The translations under genes and the position numbers were made by a program. Below, one piece after another: positions 12,301-25,409 of a stretch of DNA of 50,623 nucleotides; positions within the stretch are counted from its first letter, which is position 1; each line of letters opens with the position of its first letter. The notes under the pieces are model-generated. The model was given only the letters and a program-made list of their open reading frames with translations. It had not been told where the DNA came from and did not search any database. Origin of the DNA: Psammoneis japonica (Eukaryota); NCBI GenBank assembly GCA_008632985.1, contig QPGO01000057.1, forward strand, positions 405,346 through 455,968, read 5' to 3'.

Positions 12301-15300
12301 GCAAAAGTTCAACGAAGAATCGGGCCTGAGATCGCCGACGGGTAGGATCTGTTTTTGAAGCAGCCTCGATGGCAAACAACAATCTAGCAATGCTTGAACT
12401 CTTTCTCCTACCGGGCTGGAAGACTGATGGGGTAAGAGCCTGCCTTTCTTCTCGATAGCATGTTTGTGACCAAGAATCCATTCTCTTTCGGTCGCAACAC
12501 TATTCAACGGGTACGAATGTCTCGAAAGCAGTCCAGAGGGATCGTTCGTTATTGCGCAGGTCCCACCAGTGTCAAAGACTCGGCCATAGTCATTGAGAAT
12601 CTTTGCTCGCATTGTTGCCGTAGCTCCGTCGTGCTCGAAGCCTTCGAAAAATTCGCTTAGTCGCTCTTCGTCGGTCGACCCGAGCGACAACCCGCGGTTG
12701 ATCCTTCTTACTCTGCCAGCAGGCTCGCTCCATATCTCAATCAGTGTTCTTCGAATTTCTTCTCTCGCCATGGATTGAATTAACAGCGAGCGTCGCAAGC
12801 AGAACCAATCACCAAGTACCGTTGGGTCGCTTCCTGCTACCTGTACCGCCAATTCATCTTCCGAAAAGCCGAGAACTTGACATATCTGATACGGCAGATT
12901 TGGAACTCCGGCTTGGTCTCCTCGTGACTGCTTTGTTTGCAAAAGATGTTGCAAAGATCCATCCACGATCATCAGTTTCAGAGGTTCAAGCTCTGCCAAA
13001 GAGGCGATGCCGCGCCATACGTCAAGCTGCAAGCCCTGTATCAACTCCATGCTGCCTTCTTTTTCAGTATCTATGGTGCGCTTCAACACACAAGCGAGAG
13101 CCTTCAAAATACCACATGTGTACCATGCAAATTTTGATAGACGCTCTGAAAGCAGGAGAGGGGAGACCGACGACAACGAACGGACAGATTCTATGAGAAG
13201 GTCGACATTCTCTATCGAATCGGTACGTTGGAACACGAAAGAACTGTCCGGTAATGACGCAATCCGGAGGATACTGTCGATTGCACCGTTTTCTGTGGCC
13301 TCGGCACATCCCTCAAGTATCTCGCTATTTGACTTAAAGCTTCTCGATGCGAATTTGGGGAAAGCAACAGCATCGGAAACAACAGGCTCGAGAATGTTGG
13401 CAAGAGCAGCCAATGCGTGATAAAGTTCGATCCGAACGTCCAGCTCTGTTGAAACAAGAGAGCCTTCGTTCCTCGGTTCACGTGAAGTTACGAGGTTCCG
13501 CGTGTCATCCAGGTCTTCAACATCCTTGCAAAGGACGACAGCTAGCGCCTTGGCAGCATTGTTTCTGCAAAGATGCAATCTCGCGTTTCTTACAGGGTGC
13601 AAGTCTTCACTAATTACGTGCATTGCCTGTATACAAGCTAGCCTCAACGGCCCACGGCTGCGTGATTCCGCCATTGATACGAAAGATGGGATTGCCGATA
13701 AATTGATTATGTCCCTTAATGCGTCGACGAGCATTGAAAATGTGTGGTAAGAGCGAGAATAATTGAAGGGGGGGGTAGTCAGAAGAATCTTGAACAACAC
13801 AGAAGTACTTACGAGATAACGTCGTCCGTGTTATTCGACGGTAGTCCTTCATTCGACACAACGTTTTCGCCTTCACCATAAATTCCGGCACGAGATATGT
13901 CACCTGCCGCGAGTTGTACTAGGGATTTCGTAGCAGCCAGAACTATGTCAACGGAATCTTCTTCATTGTGATCATGTACCGCCTGAACGAGATAGTTAGT
14001 ACATTTTGCATTGACAAGTGCCGCACGAGTATGTGGGGCGACACACAAACTGCAAAGAATCTCCGCAACGGCGAGCCTGACTCGATGCCCCACATACCAA
14101 TTTCCTAGAATCTGCACAATTTTGTTCATTGCTTTCTCGTTGACGAGCTGTGAATGAATCCATCCTGCCATATATTTGTCCTGTGTAGACGTCAAGAACC
14201 GAAGCGACGTCGCCGCCGGAGCGATTTTTTCCTGGTCATTCGAATTCAGCCAACACACCAACACCTTCAGGAGCCCTTCACGTACAGCAATAGGTCTTGC
14301 AGCTTCTACTCCACAGACTGCTTCAATAAGTGGGTACTGAGAGCCAAGAGCATGCCCTGATGTATCAAAGGTGGAGGACAGACGCACAATCAACGAAACT
14401 GTTGATTCGATGAGCACCGTAACCCCTGGTGCCTCTTGCCACTCAGTGTTATTTCCAATGTGCAGGTTGCGGCCTCGGGCTCTTTCCGACACGGCGAGTT
14501 GCGAGACGTCCTTTCGACCCCCGAGTTTAGCATCTCTTTCCTGCCTGCTCATTGCTGGAATCACGGAGTTCATCCAGAAATCCGCAGCTGCTACTGTTGC
14601 AGCCTCTCGCATGTCTTCCTCGGTTATTGTGACATTGAGCCGCGGTGATACGTCTGTAGCAGTTGACAAGAAATGAAGGCAGTCAATGATGCTCAGACCA
14701 GTGCCCAATGACGAAAGAGCAGCGAAATCATTTGTAGAAATGTATGTAGGAGCCAGATGTGCAACGGTCATGGCGCTGGCGACCTTCAATTCGACAGGCC
14801 CGCTTGGGTCGCGAAACAGACCGACTAGCGATGGCATTCCACCGGTTGAAACGATTTCTCCGCGCAAGCGCCTTGCTTCTTCTTCGCTCACGCCCGGGGC
14901 AGAACCATTCGCGAATCTAAATAGAAAAAGATCCACAAGAGTGTAAGCGAAGCACAAATGGCAAAATGATATATGTCGAAAGTGCCTTACGTCATCAATG
15001 CTAGTGCCGCGTCCAGCCTCTGTTCCCTACTGTGCGCTCGGAGCATGCAAATGAGGCTGAAAACGTCACCCTTTTCGCTCAATGCCAAAATTGTTCTGCT
15101 TATCGCTTTTTTAATTCCTGGTGAATAAGGTTTTTTCTGCTCGCTGCTGCTCTCGACGGCACTGTTCCTTGCCATGTACTCGTCTCCCGTTGACTCCGCT
15201 CTGCCTAGTTCAACAGATAAATCCAAAGCCGCATTCAACTCTCGTTCGTTTTCCGGGACCATCGGTTTATCTTCAAAGAGCTTGGTCAAGTCTTCAATGA

Positions 15301-17404
15301 TCTTGGTCAATTTCTTTACTCGGTCCTTACATTTCCGTAGTAGAGGAGATACTTCGTTTGCTCTGTTTTCTTCGGCGCACAATGCTGTCAATTCTGCCAC
15401 TAAATTCTTGTCCCGATCGATGTCATCTGGCGAAAGATACTCAAAATTGGTGAGAGATTTTGTAGCGGGGGGTGGTCCAGGCTCGCAGACAGCACCCGGC
15501 AGTATCGATACATCTCTGACTAACACTGGTCTCATCGATGAAGCGCTCGATGATGGACTGGCTGAAGCAACACCGCCTACATCGGTATCACTATGGTTTG
15601 GCTCAAAAGTCTCCTCCTGTTGAGCATCTGCTTGATCTGACGGCAACAGTTCCCCTGGCGATACGAGACGAAGTCTGTCCTCTCCTTGCCATTTCAAGGG
15701 TCTTAGGCTTTCCAGTCCAAAGTTACCTGTGGCACTTATGACTCCTTCGGATAGTGTCACAGCAGGCAACAGTCTTGACTTGTCAATTATTTGAAACTCC
15801 TCAAACCTTTTAGGAGATCCGAGTAGCGCTCCATTCTTCGTAAAGAAAACCCGTCGTAGACCGAGAATCTCAAAACCACATCCAAGTGTATCTCCGCTGA
15901 CGAATGATCCGAATGCTCCCAAACCTCCTTGCACTGGAAACCCGCCTAAAAGGAGCGTGCCCTCTGAACTGAGACCGATTGAACCGGGAGAATCCCCCGG
16001 AAATCTATTGCGAGCAACATGGTACGGATGTTTCAAAGATTCTGACTTGTGAACATGATTGGCATCGACCAGTCCTATCCACATGACTCTGTCCGACTCA
16101 AGTGTTACCTCAAAGTAATAAACCATACACGAGGAAGACGGGGCAGATACCGACCTGCCAAGATTTGGTGCTTCAGTCCTCGGTCCAACGTTTTCAGCGA
16201 CTCCGACCTGTGTCAATAAATTAATAGGAATCGGTTTGTTGGCCATTACCATTGCGGCTTCATCCTGTACCTTGCTCAAACGCACTCTGCCTTGTAGCAG
16301 CAGTGGAAGTGAACCATTCGGAGGGCAACTCCATCCGTCAGGCAGGTGAGTTCCCAGTAGTGCACCACCATGGACGGGGTGGCTTTCTGATAGCTGTCCT
16401 GCTCCACGAGAAGGAAAGCGATGATGCATCCCGTGTTGTTGTTCGTCGTGGCTGTAATGTCGCATATGTCCTCTCTGTTCGGGCATTGCAGGACGAGCGG
16501 TACCGCCGCTACGTCGAAAGAACTCGTTCGATGAGGATGTGGTGGGATCATGACTGCGTTGGCGCATCCGCTCGGTATTTGTCCCGCTTGAACGGGGAGA
16601 ATTGAAATTAACCCCGTAATCTCTATCCGATGATGAGGATCTCGTTGCATCATAGCTACTCTGGCGTAAGTACTCGGTATGTGTACCACTTGAATTGTGA
16701 GAATTGGAATTTACCCCATAATCTCGATCCGATGATGAGGATTTCGTTGCATCAAAACTACTCTGGCGAATGTGCTCGGTATGTGTACCACTTGAATGCG
16801 GATAATTGGAATTAACGCCGTAATCGCGATCCGATGATGAGAATTTCGTTGCATCATAACTGCTCTGGCGTATGTGCTCGGTATTTGTACCACTTGAATG
16901 CGGAGAATTGGAAATAACCCCATAATCTCGATCCGATGATGAGGATTTCGTTGCATCAAAACTACTCTGGCGTATGTGCTCGGTATGTGTACCACTTGAA
17001 AGACGGGAATTTGAATTAACCCCGTAATCTCGATCTGAAGGTCTCGTTGCCACGTAAGGACGAAGAGTATTTTTTCTGTCTGTAGCTGGCCGCGATGGCA
17101 TGGATGGTCGCAAACCATCGATATCTGGTGTGTTTCGATTATCTCTGGGGAGACCAGGCGCAACATCGCCATTGCTCGTTTGTCGTTGAAGAGCCATTTC
17201 TATTCCGTGTGGCCCAATATCAAGGCGACTATGCAACTCCATCCTCTCTGACGGTTCTATAAGGTCTTCCAAACTTGCACGAGCCGGACGTCCCCACAGC
17301 GGCTGAGCTTGTTGTTGCTGCCGCGGCGGCGATTTGGGGTGGTATTGCATGCTTCCTGACCCTCGAGCGTAACCCGATCCCGGTCGTCCATTGTTTTCGC
17401 TCAT
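9353..17404 (-). CDS. ~2,600-aa multidomain protein: Ser-rich repeats, SPRY, ARM repeats, LRRs, CHAT (caspase-like) domain, STAND/NB-ARC-like P-loop domain
   Basis: Four ORFs joined by GT-AG introns 14917-14990 and 13715-13812 (both restore frame) and a 1-bp frameshift at ~12177. SPRY: YYFEVT...GDTLGCG...VFFTKNG. LRR: LQSLDISGNRLGDE, LTELDMSGN. CHAT: LHFSGHG, FVFVSACHS, FTRQFYLAL. NTPase: FLGRE, APAGYGTSSL, LVVFD. Confidence 0.8.
16540..17040 (-). repeat. Coding tandem repeat, 102-bp (34-aa) unit, about 5 copies
   Basis: DRDYGVNSNSxxSSGTHTEHIRQSSxDATKSSSS repeated; equivalent positions at 16611 and 16713. Confidence 0.92.
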
Positions 17405-18131
17405 ATTTTATGCTTAATGCCAACCACAAAGCTGTCAGAATTTGAGGTTTGATGATAATGCTCGTGCACGACTTACTTCCCTGCTTTCTCCGAAAAAAAA
17501 AAAGAATCACGAATCCCGACAGAAAATACCGCAACGTTCCTCTCCTTTTCTATGCGTATTCTCAGATAATTTTTCTTTCTTTTTTAACACTAAGGCTCCC
17601 AGCTGAAGAATACAAACGGGTTTAGAGAAGCGTAGAGCAAAACGACGCTACCTGTACCTCTTTTGTGTTTTGTTCTTGTTGTTATTACAACGATCATGCG
17701 TTCGGCGCTGTCAACAAGACACAAGAACAGCGCGACCACGACACAAGCAACGCGGATAATCTGTTGAAATGACCGATGGAAACATTTTAAATTTCAGAGC
17801 TTAATATAAGTAAAATAATTATTAGGGCTTGGTCATTGAAGTTACTCGATCATACAGCCCCTTCAATTAGAGGATATAGAAACATACATACACCCTTAAA
17901 TAAAACAGAAAATGCTGTGAGCCAATCAAAACGCTGCAAATTCGATCGGCAGCTGTCGCGCGCAAGACGGAACGAAGATCTGCTTCTCCATCACATCAAC
18001 CACCCATCACAATCATCCGCATCGGCAATCTGAAATCGGTCGGCAGAGAAGAAGAGCATCGACATAGTACGCAGCGAACAACAGCAGCCATCAACATCAC
18101 CCTCACTCTCTCCATACCACCACCGTACTCC

Positions 18132-20375
18132 ATGGCGTCATATAAAACAAGTCTCGCGGCGCTGTTACTGGTGCTTGCGGTGTCTTCTTGTAATGCTTGG
18201 ATACCGAATCCAACAAGAGCGGCATCTCATAGCTACACCCTGAGAAATCAACGCGTCGGCTCGACATTAAAAGATACGGAATCAAAAACTCTACTCAATA
18301 ATGACGAGTGGATTCAACAGAATCTAGAAGACGACAGTAGAGAGCTATCAGAGGCATTAAAGGGGACGAATGGACCGGTCGTTGGGCCTGAACACGTGCT
18401 AATCTACGACACATCTTTGAGAGGTATGCTTGATAGATCTGCAGGGTTCTGCATACTTGTGTGAAGTTCTGATTGACTCGAGCAGGAGGTTATATAGTGT
18501 TCGTCCTGTGCTTGTTGATCTCTGGTACTGCACTCGATTGACTCTTTCTTATTTACTCAAACTCACAGCATTCATGCTATCTCTTTCTCATAATATCAAT
18601 TCAGACGGCACGCAGGGTGAATCCGTCTCTGCTTCGTGTGATGACAAGTTAAAAATCACTCGTCGGCTGGTTCAGTTTGGTGTTGATCTAGTAGAGGCTG
18701 GATGGCCGGGTTCCAATCCCAAGGATGCCGAGTTTTTTCAGCGTGCCAAATCCGAGCTTACCGAGAACGAACGCCAGTGTCTGGCAGCCTTTGGTTCCAC
18801 ACGACGCAAAGGAGTTGCACCACAGGACGATCCACAGATTCAAGCCTTGTTGGAATCGCAAGCACCGACTCTATGTATTGTCGCCAAGGCAAATCTATAT
18901 CAAGTTACTGATATTTTAAGAGCAACGCCGCAAGAGAATCTCGATATGATTTACGAGTCGGTTAGCTATTTGGTACAGAACGGCAGACAGGTCTATGTGG
19001 ATTTGGAGCATTTCTTTGACGGGTACTTTGCACAAGACGACGAGTACACACTCAAATGTTGCAAGGCGGCTGTCGATGCGGGGGCTTCGGGATTGGTCCT
19101 TTGTGATACCAATGGAGGAACCATGCCGTGGCAGATTCAGCAGGCGACTCAAGGGATTGTCGAGCAGTTTGGATCAAAAGTTACTATTGGTATTCATGTG
19201 CATAACGATTGTGGACTTGCGGTTGCCAATAGTTTGACGGCTATCCGTGCTGGCGTTGGTCTGGTTCAGGGTACAATCAATGGGATTGGAGAACGAACGG
19301 GTAATGCTGATTTATGCTCCATTGTACCAACACTTGCACTGCACATGAACTCCAAAACGTCTTGCAATCGAAACCTGGATCAAATCACGTCCTTGTCCCG
19401 CTTTGTCGATGAAATATTGAATCGGACGCCCAACCAGGCGGCTCCCTATGTCGGCGCTTCTGCCTTTGCTCATAAGGGGGGCCTTCACGTTGCCGCTTTG
19501 GAACGTTCGCCCATGTCGTATCAGCATGTCGATCCGGGACAAGTAGGAAATGAGAAACGGGTGCTCATTAGTGAGCTGTCGGGTCGACAAAACATTCTGG
19601 GAAAAGTAAAGGAAGCGGGTTACGAAGGAGAGGAGGCTAGTCATCATGCCATGGCAATTCTAAACAGAGTCAAGGAGCTGGAAGCCAAAGGATACACCTT
19701 TGAAGGCGCAGAAGCATCGGTTCAAATCATGATTTTGCACGCTTCTAAAGGCTACTGCCCGCCGTTCAAGGTGTTGGACTATTCTGCCCAAGTCTATGAT
19801 ACCAATCTGGATCCCGCCTTGCGGACTCTGCGTTCTGCTGATTGCAAAGACAACAACGGAGCTACGTCACGCGCTACAATCAAGGTTCGAACGCCCAATT
19901 TCGACGATAAGGTATGAACACACGAGTAATACTATATTGCACTGCCGGTGATGTCGATGCGCGTTTTTCTAACTGTTTTCTATCGCTTGCTCGCGTACCA
20001 TAGCCATCACCCGATGGGGAATTGCCACCTCTCTACATTAATCGGTTGGAGGTGAGTGATGGGAATGGTCCAGTCGATGCTTTGGTTTCCGCCTTGAAGA
20101 AGGCCCTAGTTCCGTCGCATCCTTCACTAGCGGGAGTCGAGCTTGTGGACTACAAGGTTCGTATTCTCGATCCTGAATACGCCACGGCAGCGGCCACACG
20201 AGTCATGGTGGAGTTTCGAGACAAGGACTCCGACGACCATTGGACTACCGTCAGTGTGGATCGTAATGTCATTTCGGCCAGTCTCAATGCCGTGGTCGAT
20301 GGCTTTGAGTATGCTCTCATTGAGCACGCTCAATCGTGCATGCTTTGTGATGAAGATGAAGAATATCCGAACTAA
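18132..20375 (+). CDS. cimA: Plastid-targeted citramalate synthase (CimA-type, LeuA/DRE-TIM family); 2 introns
   Basis: YDTSLR|DGTQGE, EAGWPGSNPKD, AFGSTRR, EHFFDGY, LCDTNGG, HVHNDCG, GERTGNADL, AFAHKGGLH, GNGPVDAL, DYKVRIL. Introns 18424-18604 and 19912-20003 restore frame. Presequence CNA-W. 2-isopropylmalate synthase activity is not excluded. Confidence 0.82.
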
Positions 20376-20858
20376 CTATTTTATTCACTATGAGGGCAAT
20401 AACTATGGTCAACAAGCACGTCCACCATTTCACATTCTGTAGCCGTTCAGTGTGTCTGTAGCTTGTCGTCCAATACAAATGGAGCGCGCAGTAAGATTCC
20501 TGTCATGCTTTTTGTTGTGTAGCTACGTTTCGCGTTCTAGCTACCGTAGGGAGCAACTGAGCGTCAATCCCAACTATCGCAAGAGATCATTTTATTTGTC
20601 GACGCTTTCACTCGTCGTCTCCGCCATGATGGCTACGAGCCAGAATGCGATAGTGCGGTAAGACAATACAGACATTATAAGTAAACATCCCAGTTTGCGT
20701 CTACGCTACAACAGTACCAAAGAGATAAGCAAACAGCATACTTTGGCAAGAAAAAGAAAGAACTAGTAAATAGAAATCCTAACAGTGTCTTTTTCGATCA
20801 TTCCTCTACCTCAGACACCTACTATACAATAGAACACAGTCCATTCCAGACTGTTTCT

Positions 20859-21938
20859 CTACATTTCATCTTGTCTTGAGAATATAATCGTCGTCTTTCT
20901 GTTTCCGACTGTGATTCGCAAATTCTCATCCAAGTACACCACGTCTTGAAATGCCATGATTGGTGCAGGCAACGTAAAAGACAATTCGTGGTTCGTCTGC
21001 TTGTCGGTAAACAATACCTGGATGGACCTTTTCAGAGTGTTTACAATGCCATCTGGTTTAAACGATTCTGTTGCAGACATGCAATTGCTCGCCTGGTCAT
21101 TGGGTATCTTCTTACAAAACGTCTTGTGCCATTGTTCCAAGTCTTGGTTGGCTTGCGGAATGCACTTTCCACCTACAAACCATGTCTCGAAACGATTGGG
21201 AATCGTTGGATGCGGAAACACATATGACTGCATTCGAATAATCCCCTTGACATTGTTGTCAGTCGTAAAGTACGTATCCAGTACACTCGAAGTTACCCTT
21301 GATGGATTGGCCTTTACAGCCTCCAACATGGATGGAGGTATCATGGACTGTGCACAAGGAGGATGAAAGAGCTGCTGATCGTCTTGTTGCGTGACCGAAA
21401 CACCGACACGTTGCGCACTCTGCTTCATGCTTTGAACACTGCATTCAAGGCCATTAATTTCGGATGGAAACTTGTAAAATGTCAAAGCTCCCAAGGTGAA
21501 TATCGGAAACCCCTCCGAGTTGAAGCCCAACCGACCACCAAAAGCGGGTGAATGCTCGTTCTTCCATTCGCCATCATATGTAAGAGGCCATGTGGAATAT
21601 CTTGCGTCCAAGTCTGTTTTTGCATACATGTCTTTTAGTGTTGATACCAAGGCAATAAATCGTGCATCTTGCGGCAAGTCATCTTCGGGTTCAGTGTGTA
21701 CAAGGTGCATGAGTTCTTCCTTGACTCGGCTTGGATCGTCAGTGTACGTGTTGGGAGCGTCCACCAACGTTGATACACGGAGCTCCAAAGAAGATCGTGA
21801 AGAAGATGCCCGTTGAAAAGACGACGAGAATGCAGCAAGTCTCCGTGTCTCATGAGAGGGATACTGTGTGGGCCGACTTCCAATCATAAAGGCCGTAGAG
21901 CAACATGCGAGGCCCGAGATCAATACAGCCGACTTCAT
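20859..21938 (-). CDS. Putative plastid protein with PAP/fibrillin-like C-terminus
   Basis: Uninterrupted ORF. Presequence MKSAVL...CSTA-F (alternative start 21965). C-terminal QDVVYLDENLRITVGNR motif. Confidence 0.65.
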   Translation of the reverse strand: MKSAVLISGLACCSTAFMIGSRPTQYPSHETRRLAAFSSSFQRASSSRSSLELRVSTLVDAPNTYTDDPSRVKEELMHLVHTEPEDDLPQDARFIALVSTLKDMYAKTDLDARYSTWPLTYDGEWKNEHSPAFGGRLGFNSEGFPIFTLGALTFYKFPSEINGLECSVQSMKQSAQRVGVSVTQQDDQQLFHPPCAQSMIPPSMLEAVKANPSRVTSSVLDTYFTTDNNVKGIIRMQSYVFPHPTIPNRFETWFVGGKCIPQANQDLEQWHKTFCKKIPNDQASNCMSATESFKPDGIVNTLKRSIQVLFTDKQTNHELSFTLPAPIMAFQDVVYLDENLRITVGNRKTTIIFSRQDEM

Positions 21939-22312
21939 TGTTATCAAACAATTCTCTCGGTTCATCTAGACCGTGTGTAACCTTTCGAAGCTATTGCAAC
22001 GTACTGTCAACAGGGAACCATGCACCGCCATTTCGTTCCATCAGAAGAACAGATGGATGCTGACGCCTGCTTCAGAACCCGGAAAAAGAAGAACACGTCA
22101 TCGAGGAGTTTTTGAACGTGACGATCAAAATTTCGAATTTACTTATTTCACATGACATCGATGACGTCATGAAACTGTTCGACGTGATTTTCGCCGAACG
22201 TCGAGGACGATCGCGCGTTGGGCGTTGTGGAGTTGGCTGATGAATCCGCATCGAAGAGCGAAGTGCGAAGTGATGCGGAAGGTATCTTTCGATCCATCCT
22301 TGCTCTCACAAC

Positions 22313-23320
22313 ATGTTGCGCTCACGTTTGGCACCGCTCCTCGTGCTTGTTTTTTTATTTCACAACGTTCTCGTCTCCTTTGGCCTTTCATCGCAAAGCA
22401 GTAGCTCTTCCAAGATGTCGTCTCTTGCCAAACTTGTCACGATGGAAACCTTCAAAGAAGCTTCCAAGCGTTGTCCAATTACATTGTTTGTGTACGCCAC
22501 CATGAATGGATACAAGGGCCCCATTTGCGCAGAAGAATTGGGAATTGAATACAATTACGTTACGATTGATTTCGAAAAGGGACAGCAGCGGTCTCCGGAG
22601 TATCTCAAGATTAATCCAAAAGGACAAATTCCCGCTCTGTACGATGCCGACACGGACGTCATGTTGGCCGAGTCTGCCGCGATACTAGAGTACTTGGCGA
22701 CCAAGTATCACAAGAAAAATCCTAATCTCTTGCCGGATGCTACCACTCATACCAAGGAACACTGGGCCGTCCGCCAGTGGATGCTCTTTAGTGCGACGGG
22801 TCTTGCTCCCGCCATGGGGAATGCCATGTTTTTCAACAGGATTCTCAAGACCAAGGGTGAGGTGAACGAGTATGCCATTGAGCGTTACACCAATCAGAGC
22901 CGTGGGTTATTGGAGGTTTTGGACAAGCAATTGCAGCAAAGTGGCGGACCGTTCTTGTTGGGAAAGGAAATGACGATTGCCGATATTAATACTTTTACAT
23001 ATGGTACGTGAAAAATAGAATTGTGTGGATGTTTTCTCGAGTTCTTTTTTCCTTCTCACACGTTTGTCGTTGTTCTTTTAGCTTCCACTCATTTTTGGGC
23101 CATGGTCAATGTGGACGGCTTGAATAACCTCAAGGCATGGATAGACTTGCTCATGAAACGAGATGGTGTCCAGAAGGGGCTGCAGATTCCCTTTGCCCGG
23201 CCGGGATTCTTTGGACCGCCTTATGCAACCGAAGAGCAAATTCAGGACGAAATCCAGCGGAATGCAGGCATGTTTACCAAGGGTGGCGGGAGTAGTAAAG
23301 ATGAAAAGGCGTCAAAGTAG
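22313..23320 (+). CDS. Glutathione S-transferase (Ure2p/YfcG-like) with N-terminal signal; intron 23004-23081
   Basis: TMNGYK...EELGIEY, YLKINPKGQIPAL, AESAAILEYLA, FLLGKEMTIADI. GT-AG intron restores YASTHFW. Confidence 0.9.
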
Positions 23321-25409
23321 AAAAGAAGATAAATTACTATCGTCTTGTTTCAATCTTCCTTCTTTCAGCCTCCTACTTTATTCGATTCAATCCGGTCTCT
23401 GAGACCATGCTTTTTTCGGGATCGCATCTACACCATAAGCTTCATCAAATCCAACCAAGATGAAATGCCGACATAACAAGCGGCTCTCAGAATGATGTTT
23501 GCGGATCCCTTGATTTTAATTTTCCTCGTCATCATTTCGTGGCACATTGCTGGCCATCGGCCGCATCTCTTCATCCTCACTCAAGCTTCATTGTTGGTGC
23601 CAAGGAATGCAACATTGAAAATGCCAGTTTGAGGCAAAGTGCTCCAGATCATTGCTGCTCATTGCAAAAATGAAAGCATGGATGGATTGGCAGTTGCCTT
23701 GTCCACATAAAGCTTGACCTGCTGCTTTTGGTTGGGGGTCGCTGCAGAAACACAAGTCAGCCATCCGCAGCGTTTCTTTGTGCAAGGTGTGAGTTGCACC
23801 ATTTCCCTGCAATGCAGCTGCTTGGGCAACTTCCAGGCTTTGAAAAACAATCAAAAACTCAAGACATTCTCAATTCACAGCCAGATGATGGCCCACAAGG
23901 AATGCCAGCTTGTTTCTGATGGACGAGTTAAAGGGAAATGTGCTGGCAGAGAAAAAAAGAGCCACTGCTGTGTGATGTGACTTCCTCATTGGACTTTTGG
24001 CAGGGGGTCTCACAGCTGACAATGGCTTGTCAACAACAAGCAACATGTTCAAACTGTGGCTTTTTTGCCACACTATTTGAGCACATCTTGGCTTGGCAAG
24101 CTGCCACAAAATGATGCACAACATTGAGCTGTTTGTTGCAGCTGATGACTGCCATCATCAAGCACAAGACAAACTTCTTGGTGAATCAATCAGAGCTGAC
24201 ATGCACTGGAACTCAGGACTCAGGGGTGCAACACCAACTTTCATTGAGAGCAGCTCATCATTTCTGTCATGGATGGGAATGAAGTGCCAAAAATGGCACA
24301 TGCAAAGGAGGTCACAACGGAAAAAAAAAAAAGAAATGGCTTCTTGCACACTCTTGCACAACAAGAAATGTGTCAAAAAACAACAGCCACAAGCAGTTGC
24401 AGAGCTGATGTTCCTGTGCCTCTTCTCATCTTGAAATCTAACACATTTGCTTCAAAGCATCAAGCCATGAAACCTGGGCTGCAGGGAGCAACACAATCAA
24501 GACATGCACCGGTCATTTTCTAAAATCTGAAAACAATTTTGCTTTTGCATGAGCTCATCTGCACCACATTTGACCTTTCAAAGAGCTGCTGGAGCACACT
24601 GTCTCCAAGTGCAATGCAAGGCCACTTGTTTGTTCCATCAGAGTGACAGATGAGTGCAACAGCACCTGCAGTGGAAAGCTGGAAAAAGAAAAACACATCC
24701 CTTTGGAGCTCCTCAGATGAGTGCTTCAAAAGGACAATCTTGCAAAAAGTCAAAAAAGTGCTGAAAGCAAGGCAGGCTCCCATTGCCAGGTTGCTTGTTG
24801 CCAGTGTCATGATCTCACAGTGTGGTTTTCAGCGCACAACATTTCTTGCGCTCAAGCTTGGAGCTGTGGTGCTCATTTTTTGTTTTGTTGTTCCCCAGCT
24901 TTCTTGCCTCCTTTTTGGCCTTGTTGGCTGACTCAACAAGATGCTGGGAGACAGCAACAACAAATGCAGTCCTGGCAATGAAGGGAACATGTGTGGAGCA
25001 TTTCAAAGAGATCCAGCCCACCATCTGTGTGCACCAGCATCTGTGTCATGACACTGGGTGTGCACAAAAAAAAAAAAAACCAACTTGAAGTGCTGTTGCA
25101 CCTTTGCCCAGCAAACTCTCTCAAAAATGGCTGTTCTCACACTCCCCTGATTGGTGCAATCTGGTTGCCAGCCAAGAAAAAGAGAGGCCAGACCAAATTT
25201 CTTCATGGAACATCAGAGCACGCAACACAGTGATCGACACCTTCTTTCTCATGGTGGTTTTTGTTCTTTTTGCAGATGTCCATTTTTTTGCTTTCAAACC
25301 TCATCAGTTTTGCAGCTGGCAACAACAACATGCCAGCTGCAACAGATGAACATTTTTGTGCTGTGGGATCTGACCTGAACCCCCCCCCTGAGGAACACTT
25401 CTTGTTTCG

